Of a DNA stretch of 56,484 bases, positions 40,042-47,436 are shown one piece after another (within the stretch, counting starts at the first letter, position 1; each line of letters starts with the position of its first letter). The notes under the pieces are model-generated. The model was not told where the DNA came from and did no database searches. It was given only the letters and a program-made list of their open reading frames with translations. Source of the DNA: an uncultured virus (IMG/VR IMGVR_UViG_3300025133_000039) (Duplodnaviria > Heunggongvirae > Uroviricota > Caudoviricetes). Location of the stretch: the IMG/VR virus record IMGVR_UViG_3300025133_000039; one strand, written 5' to 3'. The translations under genes were made by a program, and so were the position numbers.

Positions 40042-43000
40042 TTGGAAAACTTCAAGCGTCTGTTCGCCCTCGCGATCAGCCTGCTCGTCTTCGTCGCTAA
40101 GAAGCGACTGTATGGCGTGAAGGCTGCCACAAACCCGAAGGGAATCCTCACCTGGATCCCCTCTAACCTCAACAAGGATATGGGTCACGTCGGCCTCATC
40201 TCCGAAGCCAACCCGGACACCACCCGTTTCGAGATTATCGGAATGGAAGAGTCCATCACCCTGGTGCCGAATGAGGAATGGCACCCCTCTATCGTGACCA
40301 TGGCCTCCTGGAATGCCAAGGAGACCGGTCTGTTCAACTGGACGAAAGTTCAGTCTCTCTTCGATGAGGGAGACCTCATCGTGTCGAAGAAGGCGGAAGA
40401 AGTGGAAGACCACAACCGACGACTCGACGCTCGAAAGGAAGAGCGCGCTGTGAACCGGCGCACTCGCTCCCTGAGGGCTCGTGTCGAATCCTACATCACT
40501 AGCTTCCTGTTGGTGGTGTACAAGAAGATGATGCCTGAGGGTCCGAAGGTTCGTACTCGTTACACTCGGTTCGTGAGCCTGTCTGGGCTCCTGCACCGGA
40601 TGTTCCCGGATCTGCCGATGCCGAGTGTCCAGCTGAAGAACGACATGCCTGCCGATGAGCAGCGTGACGATCTGCCGGTTGCCATTCATCAGGCAGTTGC
40701 TCGTGATGGCCACATGCTGGTCAACCGCAAGCACATCGTCCACCGTGAGATCGTGCCCCTGTTGGCGAAGACCTTTCCGAAGGCCATCGACTTCAGGGCG
40801 TACGTCAAGGGTCTGTGCGCGCCTCTCGTGGCCAACGGTCACAGTCGCGTCGAGGTTCGGTTCGTTCACCTGCAGCATGGCAACAAGAGTGCTGGTGCTG
40901 ATGGGCGTGGCAACATCCACCCGAACCACCCGCTGTTCGCTCAGCTGGGCTACAGCGGACATGGTCCTCGTCCCTGCATCCAGATTCGTGGATGGAACCC
41001 TGACTTGGGATGCTTCATCAAGGGCATCCTGGTTCCGAGCGAGTCGGCAACGGACGCTGAAGGCAACCCCGAGATCCAGGTGGACTGGCTCCAGATCAAG
41101 GGGCTGCTGAAGGAGACGGCAAAGGCGAAGCACAAGCGTGCTGCCAAGAAGGTCTCTGATGGTCAGGCTCTCCACACGTTGGAGATGGCTGAGGCTGAGT
41201 TCGGTACCTACGAGTCGCAGGAAGCTCGTCGGTGGCTGGATGAGGGTCGGATGGTGCTGGACCTGGGTGTGACGAACGTCTTCGACAAGATCGTTCCTTA
41301 CTCCTGGTGCTTCGAAATCCTTGAGCGTGTAGAGGACACGCCTCGTACTCGTGAAATCATTCGCGAGTGGGTGGAAGAAGCGTTCCAGAAGCTGACCTTC
41401 GAGAAGCTGCTGGATTCGGCCTGTGCTCAGAGCGACAACGTTGCTTTCGCTCGCAAGCTGTGCAAGAAGCTCGGCATTGACCCGCTGAGCTTGCGCTTCA
41501 TCATGAAGCAGGTGCAGAAGGCGCTGGGGCAGCGGCTCTGGCTCATCAACCAGGGAGCTGGTAAGAAGGGTGATGGCTTCGTGTCCATTCTGGATGCAAC
41601 GCTGGAGCCTGGAACGTGTGTCCTGCCCTCCATCATGAAGGGTAAGCAGCGCGTGTACCTGCCGGGAGACACCATTGGAATCACTCGGTTCCCGATGGTC
41701 CTGCCTCAGGGTCTGCGTGTTGTGCGTGTGGTCGAGCCGTCCGAGCATCACCTGCTCAAGACGGAAGACGGCATGCAGCACGTCCCGAACGCCATCTGGC
41801 TCCACCCTGACGATCTGGAGATCGGCATGCAGGGTGACGACGATGGAGACGTGGTCATTGTGAACTCGGACCCTCGGGTTGTGGAGTTCTACAAGGAGCG
41901 TATCTCCATGCTGCCTGGTAAGCCGGACGCCATGTACTTGATTGAGCCTGTCAAGGGTGAGAACAAGGACAACCGGCTGGAAGAGCTGCACAGCCTCAGT
42001 GCTGAGGGTCGTGCGCTGGTGGCTAAGGATGGTCGTGGTCCGGTGGGTCTGAGTACCTTCTGGGGAGCGGCGTTCCTGGCGATTGGCAAGCGGGTTCACG
42101 GTCTGAGCATGGCTCACCTGACTCAGGAGTACATCGACTGTGCCAAGCGGATTCCGTTGTGGACGGACCCGCGTCAGGCATCCAATCCGAGCAACTACGA
42201 AGAAGTTCGGCCTGGAATCTGGAAGATCAAGCCCGGTAACACGGTGGAGATGGACTGGGCAGACGATGATGGCATGCTGAATCAGGACCTGGTGACCAAG
42301 TGGGTGCAGAAGCAGTTGGGCATGAAGCTCAACGACATTCTGTCCTGGCGTCAGCCGAATGGTGTGAAGAGCATCATTCTCGACTCGTGGGACATGCCCG
42401 AGGAGCCTGTTGGCAACCTCGTGCACTACTGCTCGCGGACCGCTTTCGAGGTGGCGCAGGGTTGGGCTGAAGAGCAGCTGGGTACTCAGGAGTCCGGTGA
42501 CATGTCGATGCTGGTCGTCGAAGCGCTGGAAGCAGCAGGTCAGGACATGAGTGGTGTTGAGCCGATGGCTCAGGAGCGCTACGTCAAGACCTTGCGAGAG
42601 AAGAGTGGTCTCAACGAGTTCGCCAAGTCCACGCTGTCTGTCATGAAGGCAGGCCTCGATGTGGAGGAGAAGGCTCGTCAGATGGATGCACTGCGTGCCA
42701 TCCTGGCTGGTCACCTCTCGATGCTGAGCATCGAAGAGTTGGCTACCATCTGGGTCACCGAGCTGTCGCAGCGGGATGAGAATGGCAACATTCCTGACCG
42801 GGCTGTCACTGCAGCGTTCCGGGCTGTGTGCTGGGAGGGTTCGCCCGTCCTGGTTGCGCTGAACCTGGAGCACAGCGATCGGTGTGAGTTCGCAGCTGAG
42901 AACATGGACGCCATCATGGCGTGGCTGCAGCACCGCGTTGATACCGGCAAGAACGGGAACTTGTTCCACGCGCTGGCTGAGACCATCTCGTCCAGCGTGA

Positions 43001-43179
43001 AGCACCAGGAAGTCACTGGTGTGGAGCTGCACAAGTGCAAGGACTGCACTACCCTCATGGAAGGCAAGGTCGTGTCCGAGGTCAGGAAGACCAAGGGCTC
43101 GGATGCTGAGAGTGTTGTGAAGGACATCATGTGGTCCGTGAACCGTGAACTCGGTTGGCCCACGAGCCGTCACAGCTAG
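40042..43179 (+). CDS. Single-subunit two-barrel RNA polymerase (YonO / cellular RdRP-like)
   Basis: Ordered motifs DGRG, QIR, KGIL, QIK, TRFP, catalytic GDDDGD (41836-41850) and QEYIDCAK. AGGAG RBS before TTG. 1045 aa. Confidence 0.85.
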   Translation: MENFKRLFALAISLLVFVAKKRLYGVKAATNPKGILTWIPSNLNKDMGHVGLISEANPDTTRFEIIGMEESITLVPNEEWHPSIVTMASWNAKETGLFNWTKVQSLFDEGDLIVSKKAEEVEDHNRRLDARKEERAVNRRTRSLRARVESYITSFLLVVYKKMMPEGPKVRTRYTRFVSLSGLLHRMFPDLPMPSVQLKNDMPADEQRDDLPVAIHQAVARDGHMLVNRKHIVHREIVPLLAKTFPKAIDFRAYVKGLCAPLVANGHSRVEVRFVHLQHGNKSAGADGRGNIHPNHPLFAQLGYSGHGPRPCIQIRGWNPDLGCFIKGILVPSESATDAEGNPEIQVDWLQIKGLLKETAKAKHKRAAKKVSDGQALHTLEMAEAEFGTYESQEARRWLDEGRMVLDLGVTNVFDKIVPYSWCFEILERVEDTPRTREIIREWVEEAFQKLTFEKLLDSACAQSDNVAFARKLCKKLGIDPLSLRFIMKQVQKALGQRLWLINQGAGKKGDGFVSILDATLEPGTCVLPSIMKGKQRVYLPGDTIGITRFPMVLPQGLRVVRVVEPSEHHLLKTEDGMQHVPNAIWLHPDDLEIGMQGDDDGDVVIVNSDPRVVEFYKERISMLPGKPDAMYLIEPVKGENKDNRLEELHSLSAEGRALVAKDGRGPVGLSTFWGAAFLAIGKRVHGLSMAHLTQEYIDCAKRIPLWTDPRQASNPSNYEEVRPGIWKIKPGNTVEMDWADDDGMLNQDLVTKWVQKQLGMKLNDILSWRQPNGVKSIILDSWDMPEEPVGNLVHYCSRTAFEVAQGWAEEQLGTQESGDMSMLVVEALEAAGQDMSGVEPMAQERYVKTLREKSGLNEFAKSTLSVMKAGLDVEEKARQMDALRAILAGHLSMLSIEELATIWVTELSQRDENGNIPDRAVTAAFRAVCWEGSPVLVALNLEHSDRCEFAAENMDAIMAWLQHRVDTGKNGNLFHALAETISSSVKHQEVTGVELHKCKDCTTLMEGKVVSEVRKTKGSDAESVVKDIMWSVNRELGWPTSRHS

Positions 43180-43184
43180 TCAGA

Positions 43185-43263
43185 AGTAAGGGAGGAGCTT
43201 CGGCTCCTCCCTTACTGCGGGAGGTGGCACCAATAGGGGTGCCACCTCAGGTCTTTTTTCTTT
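43185..43263 (+). terminator. Tandem hairpins plus T-tract after the RNAP gene
   Basis: AGTAAGGGAGGAGC-TTCG-GCTCCTCCCTTACT and GAGGTGGCACC...GGTGCCACCTC, then TCTTTTTTCTTT. Confidence 0.8.
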
Positions 43264-43294
43264 GATGGGTAATGACACCCGAAGGAGAGACGCC

Positions 43295-43696
43295 ATGATC
43301 GTTAGCAAGCTTAACTCTGTCAAGGTCTGGACCCCTGGTTCCGACATCGATGCTCGCGACGCCTTCCGCTTCTGGGGCTACGTGTTCCAGTGGGAAGGCA
43401 AGGCGAGGGGGCCCGAGGAGCGCCGCCGTCGCTTTCGGCAGGTTCACAACCTGCTGAACAACCTGTACTGGGATGAGGAGGCCGAGGCCGCGCTGTTCGA
43501 TGTCTACTACTGGGGTTCCTTGAACCGCACGTACAAGACGGAGAACCACCCCGGTCACCGGTTCTTCCAGGCCTTGCAGGGTCACGTGTGGAAGTTCGGG
43601 TCCAAGAACCGGAAGAAGACGGACCGACCCTGGAAGTGGGTCCGCGTGCCGAACAACGACAACCCGTTGGCCCCGTTCAAGGGTCTGCACTGGTAG
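43295..43696 (+). CDS. Hypothetical early protein
   Basis: AAGGAG RBS before ATG at 43295 and biased codons. Confidence 0.75.
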   Translation: MIVSKLNSVKVWTPGSDIDARDAFRFWGYVFQWEGKARGPEERRRRFRQVHNLLNNLYWDEEAEAALFDVYYWGSLNRTYKTENHPGHRFFQALQGHVWKFGSKNRKKTDRPWKWVRVPNNDNPLAPFKGLHW

Positions 43697-43790
43697 AGTC
43701 GTGAGTAGTGGGTGGGGAGGCTTCGGCCTCCCCGCCCTGGTCTTTTTTCTTTTACGGTGTGATATACAACCCGCACACCTAGGAGAGAAC

Positions 43791-44105
43791 ATGACTACGT
43801 GGCAACAGCGAATGAAGGAAGACCGACTCACCAACCGCTACCAGAACTGCGTTGCGAGCGAGTTCTACTGGTACAACAACGGTCGCAAGAGCATCTCGAA
43901 GGAAGAGATGCTCGACATCATCAAGCCCTTGCTGAAGTCGAACCAGGACTTGTGGTACATCATGCACTGCATCATGCCTTACGGTCCTGAGGGGAACCCC
44001 GGAATGCACTTTGGCAACATGACCAGTGGTGATGGCATCGGCCCGAAGACGGTCGAGAAGATCTTCGAAGCGGTCCAGGCCGCAGTGAACGAGAAGATGG
44101 CCTAG
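43791..44105 (+). CDS. Hypothetical early protein
   Basis: AGGAG RBS before ATG at 43791, followed by a GAAA-loop hairpin. Confidence 0.75.
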   Translation: MTTWQQRMKEDRLTNRYQNCVASEFYWYNNGRKSISKEEMLDIIKPLLKSNQDLWYIMHCIMPYGPEGNPGMHFGNMTSGDGIGPKTVEKIFEAVQAAVNEKMA

Positions 44106-44308
44106 ATTGAGATGGAGGGGAGGCCGAAAGGTCTCCCCTCCAGTACTCTTTTATTTGGTACTAACGACGACCTCCGCACACAGGCCTCTTCTCACGCCAC
44201 CATTCCTCCGCGACGACGACAGGCTCGCTTACGCTCGCTAGGTGGTGCTGGCATAGCCCAATCGGGCCTCGCCTTTTTCTTTCCCACTCTTTTCGTTTGG
44301 AGGTGTAC

Positions 44309-44449
44309 GTGAAGAAGCCTCGTAACTGGCATGCCGTCAATGCGAAGTTCCGGTCATCTGCTGGTCCTATGAAGAATAAGAGTCTTCGTGGGTCTGGTAA
44401 GGGGAAAGGGAAGGTTGCGCGCCACCCCAAGCACAAGTCAAAGTACTGA
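44309..44449 (+). CDS. 46-aa basic mini-protein, ArfA-like
   Basis: GGAGG RBS plus GTG. Sequence MKKPRNWHAVNAKFRSSAGPMKNKSLRGSGKGKGKVARHPKHKSKY; KGKG..R..KH resembles the ArfA C-terminal motif. Confidence 0.55.
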   Translation: MKKPRNWHAVNAKFRSSAGPMKNKSLRGSGKGKGKVARHPKHKSKY

Positions 44450-44514
44450 GGTTGAGGCATCCTAGTGGTGCCTCAACTAATCGAATAAACAAGCTCGATT
44501 ACTCTCGCTACGGG

Positions 44515-44707
44515 GTAGTGCAGTCCTCGGGCTCCCGAAATCCAGATAGGCCTGTCTGGATCGACATGGGGGTTTGGTTCTGAGACGGTGACTAGTACCC
44601 TGGGCAGGGAGCTGGTTTTGGGTCGGATGCATGCTGAGCCTCAGTGCCTTAGGGCTCTACCGCATGTCAAACGACCTTTTCCGAGGGGTTCGAATCCCCT
44701 CTGCACT
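44515..44707 (+). ncRNA. tRNA-like ncRNA (7-bp acceptor plus canonical T-arm) with a ~160-nt structured insert
   Basis: AGTGCAG (44517-23)/CTGCACT (44701-07) stacked on AGGGG-TTCGAAT-CCCCT (44684-700), with nested internal stems. Confidence 0.7.
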
Positions 44708-44742
44708 TTCTAATAAACAAGCTCGCTTATGCTCGCTGGATT

Positions 44743-44920
44743 GTGAGAGCTAGAGACAAACCTCTAACGATCAACGGGAGCGCGAGGCTGGAACCATACC
44801 AGTTGCATTCTGCAAGCACACCTCCTACGTGTGGAGTACCAGACACAGTGTGTGTCGTCTGGGGACGTAGGCCGCATGCTCGTTGGAGTTGAGAGTCATA
44901 CCTGTTTCAGGGTGGCTCTC
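44743..44920 (+). ncRNA. Candidate structured small RNA
   Basis: Between motif A and a terminator, with no RBS-led ORF. Stems CTCTAACGA/TCGTTGGAG, CCTACGT/ACGTAGG and CCAGAC/GTCTGG. Confidence 0.55.
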
Positions 44921-44960
44921 TTCTTTTTAATAAAGAACGCTCTCTTACGTTCGCTGGGCT

Positions 44961-45147
44961 GTGCAGGTCTTGATCAGCCTGCTCGCACGACAACAGTGAT
45001 GTACAGCTGGGTCGGGAGGACTACTCTTCCGATTCTGTCGAGCGGTTCATAGGTGGCGCCGAGGTGGCATCTCGGGCAGCAACTCAAGCATACATTCACG
45101 CCAATGGATGGGAGAAGAGAACCTCGACGGAGGTTCTCTTCTTTTTT
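44961..45147 (+). ncRNA. Candidate structured small RNA
   Basis: Between motif A and the terminator AGAAGAGAACCTC-GACG-GAGGTTCTCTTCT-TTTT. Starts GTGCAGG. Internal stems GCTCG/CGAGC, GTCGGGAG/CTTCCGAT and CCGAGG/TCTCGG. Confidence 0.5.
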
Positions 45148-45225
45148 AATAAAAAAGAACCACAAGCTCTCTTACGTTCGCTGGAGGGTGCTGGGACCAT
45201 GTCGGTCCCACACGGAGAGAATACC

Positions 45226-45504
45226 ATGATCGTTGTTACCCGCCACCCCGCGTACTTCCAGTACCTTGTCGAAGAGGGAGTCTGCAAGTCCGACGACGAG
45301 GTCGTCGAGCACGCCACGGTCGCGGAGATCGCAGGGCGTGACGTCGTCACCTCCGGGCTGCCGCTCCACCTTGCAGTGGAGTGCAAGACCCTCACAACGG
45401 TGGGGCTGTTCCTCCCCGCCGAGCTGCGTGGCAAGGAACTGGACATCGAGGACGTGCGCAAGTACGCCCAGCCCGCCGCAACCTACGTCGTGACCGGAGC
45501 CTGA
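45226..45504 (+). CDS. csx16: Csx16 (VVA1548)-like protein, putative cyclic oligoadenylate ring nuclease
   Basis: Signature VTRHP...VVEH...GLPLHLA...LPAELRGKEL..ED...Y.V. GGAG RBS, 92 aa. Confidence 0.75.
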   Translation: MIVVTRHPAYFQYLVEEGVCKSDDEVVEHATVAEIAGRDVVTSGLPLHLAVECKTLTTVGLFLPAELRGKELDIEDVRKYAQPAATYVVTGA

Positions 45505-45619
45505 AGCAGGGAGAAGAGAAGACGAGAGGCGGACCTTACGGGGTTCGCCTCTCTCTTTTAATAAGCTCGCTGACGCTCGCTAGGACTTGAGGCTTCGTCC
45601 TCACAACCAAGGAGGTAAC

Positions 45620-46180
45620 GTGGGAAACACGTTTGGAATGAACCCGTTCGTGCTGCGGCAGGTTGAGGCATCACGCTTCAGCCACTTCCGTGGCTCGCAC
45701 ATCTGCCTGCTGGACATGGTCGCGGAGTCGTTCGACCCTGAGACTCAGCAGGGATACCGACCTGGAGTCTACGAGGTTCCCGTGAACCCCAAGGGCTTCT
45801 TCTCCAACCAGGTGACGCTGGTCGAAGGAGATCTGCTGGTCGGCAAGTTCGAGGCTCGCCGTGAGGGTGAGGCTCCCAGGAAGACCGTTACGACGCTCGC
45901 ACGTCGCAAGTCGGTCGCTGGCTCCGCAACCATCATCATCTACGCCTCCGCTGTCTTGGCGGAAGATGGTGACAACTCGCTTCCTCCGCTGCCGGGGAAC
46001 TACGAGGTGGTGTCGATCAACTGTACGGCAGAAGAGCAGTTGCCCATCTGTCCGGAGGTGCTGATGCACAACCACTTCGGCAGTACTGGTGGCACGAGCA
46101 CGGGTCTGAGCGACTCGGAGTTCGTGGCGGTGCTCAAAGCATCGTTCCTAGCACACCGGGACAAGGCTAGCTGCGGCTAG
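45620..46180 (+). CDS. DUF3228-like protein
   Basis: AAGGAGG RBS plus GTG. Pattern F..RQ, GY.P, EARREGEAP, IY, YEVVSI, P.xP..LMHN...GGT. Confidence 0.6.
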   Translation: MGNTFGMNPFVLRQVEASRFSHFRGSHICLLDMVAESFDPETQQGYRPGVYEVPVNPKGFFSNQVTLVEGDLLVGKFEARREGEAPRKTVTTLARRKSVAGSATIIIYASAVLAEDGDNSLPPLPGNYEVVSINCTAEEQLPICPEVLMHNHFGSTGGTSTGLSDSEFVAVLKASFLAHRDKASCG

Positions 46181-46255
46181 GAGAACTAGGGAGACCACTC
46201 TTCGGGGTGGTCTCCCTAGAACTAATAAATAATGCTTGCTGACGCTCGCTACGCT

Positions 46256-46338
46256 GTGCAGGATTCTACGTTGCACGCGCGCGCACTGGAAGCAATCCGG
46301 CCTTAGGATGGGGTTCGAATCCCTCGTGAGTCCTGCAC
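46256..46338 (+). ncRNA. Degenerate tRNA-like RNA with an elongated acceptor stem
   Basis: GTGCAGGATTC(T)ACG/CGTGAGTCCTGCAC closing stem, GGGG-TTCGAAT-CCCT T-arm and CTGG-AAGCAAT-CCGG anticodon-like arm. Confidence 0.65.
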
Positions 46339-46357
46339 TCTTCAACCAGGAGACACC

Positions 46358-46534
46358 ATGTTCGCACGACTGAAGCGGCTCTTCACCAAGAAGACCACGC
46401 CTCCGCACTACGAGATCTTCACCACCACGTACATCGATGGTGAGTGCTGGATCTGCCAGCGCTCCACTGGGACTCCGATTCGTCGGCTGTCCTCCTTCTT
46501 CAACGACTCCCACAACCAAAGGATGGGACGATGA
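46358..46534 (+). CDS. Small hypothetical protein (58 aa)
   Basis: AGGAG RBS, MFARLKRLFTKK..., ATGA overlap with the next gene. Confidence 0.6.
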   Translation: MFARLKRLFTKKTTPPHYEIFTTTYIDGECWICQRSTGTPIRRLSSFFNDSHNQRMGR

Positions 46535-46992
46535 ACGCATACCAACGACGAAAGGCCCGACGCGCGGCGCTCCGCATGGTGGCCAACTTCCAGACGAAGC
46601 TGTTCCGGGTGCCCGGTACCGCTGCGCACGCCGAGCCGCTGAAGTGCCGAGGCTACAAGTTCTCGGTGCAGGCCTCGGACTACCACTACTCCGAGCCGCG
46701 AGACTGGTGTGCCTACACCGACTACACCGAGATGGAGGTCGCGATCTTCGACTCGGACGGAGACTGGTGTGTCCTGGCCGACGCCGAGGAGCACGAGTTC
46801 GGCACCCGCTTCGAGAAGTGGGACGGAGCGACCACCAGCGTCACACCGTACATGGAAGTCGAGAACATCCAGGCACTGCTGAACGCAGTCGCCCTCGGTG
46901 AGATTCGGCCCATCAAGCTCTCGGACTACCTCCACATGGTGAAGGCTGACCGCGAGATCGAGGCGTGCATCAACGGCATGGACGTGGTCTAG
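46531..46992 (+). CDS. Hypothetical protein
   Basis: ATG at 46531. FSVQAS.YHYSEPR...EVA motif common in phage hypotheticals; biased codons. Confidence 0.7.
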   Translation: MNAYQRRKARRAALRMVANFQTKLFRVPGTAAHAEPLKCRGYKFSVQASDYHYSEPRDWCAYTDYTEMEVAIFDSDGDWCVLADAEEHEFGTRFEKWDGATTSVTPYMEVENIQALLNAVALGEIRPIKLSDYLHMVKADREIEACINGMDVV

Positions 46993-47010
46993 TTAGCAAT
47001 CACGCTAACC

Positions 47011-47088
47011 ATGTACTCCTTTTCTACCGCATTGGAGTGCATTAATAAAGACGGTAGTGGGTCAGCTGTGCCCATCGTACTAACAGCT
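47011..47088 (+). ncRNA. Two tandem H-type pseudoknots in a 3' UTR
   Basis: PK1: ATGTACTCC/GGAGTGCAT plus CTACCG/CGGTAG. PK2: GTGGGT/GCCCAT plus AGCTGT/ACAGCT. Confidence 0.55.
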
Positions 47089-47187
47089 TGTAGGGAGTGG
47101 CTTCGGCCGCTCCCTACTTAATTATAAACAAGCTCTCTTACGCTCGCTGGATCGTGGTAATTCCGAACAACTCTCACCGAGGAAACC

Positions 47188-47358
47188 ATGACCGACTACG
47201 AACCGAACTTCGTCATCCTGACGTACGAGGACCTGTTGCTGCTCGAACTCATCTACACCATCCGTCAGGAGATCGCACGCCAGCGTCGAATCGCTGTCCT
47301 GCTGGATCAGCTGGCCGACACCATGGAAGAGCTGTACGAGCTGGGCTTCCCCTACTAG
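47188..47358 (+). CDS. Small acidic helical protein (56 aa)
   Basis: GAGGA RBS. MTDYEPNFVILTYEDLLLLELIYTIRQEIARQRRIAVLLDQLADTMEELYELGFPY. Occupies its own cassette. Confidence 0.65.
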   Translation: MTDYEPNFVILTYEDLLLLELIYTIRQEIARQRRIAVLLDQLADTMEELYELGFPY

Positions 47359-47436
47359 TCCCTCCGCTGAGCCTGCCCTGTCTGGGTGGGCTCAGCTGGG
47401 TGCAATAAATAAGTGCTCGCTTACACTCGCTACGTG

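Larger units (their letters stand above)
38058..43758 (+). promoter_or_regulatory. Repeated motif B, CTTTTTT(A/C)TTT-N1-3-A(C/T)G(G/A), five copies (38058, 38193, 39950, 43252, 43741)
   Basis: Read directly in each intergenic gap of the first plus-strand segment. Usually preceded by a GC hairpin and followed by a short hairpin plus RBS. Confidence 0.55.

Noticed and set aside
39985..43173. 1062-aa antisense ORF overlapping the RNA polymerase
   Set aside because: Shadow frame produced by strongly biased codon usage of the + strand gene. It has no recognisable motifs or RBS.
44515..44707. Canonical tRNA or tmRNA gene
   Set aside because: No recognisable D or anticodon arm at tRNA spacing. Too short for tmRNA and lacks the Ala acceptor identity and an obvious tag frame.
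45064..45225. N-terminal extension of the Csx16-like ORF given in the ORF track
   Set aside because: It runs through a terminator and motif A. The real start is the RBS-preceded ATG at 45226.
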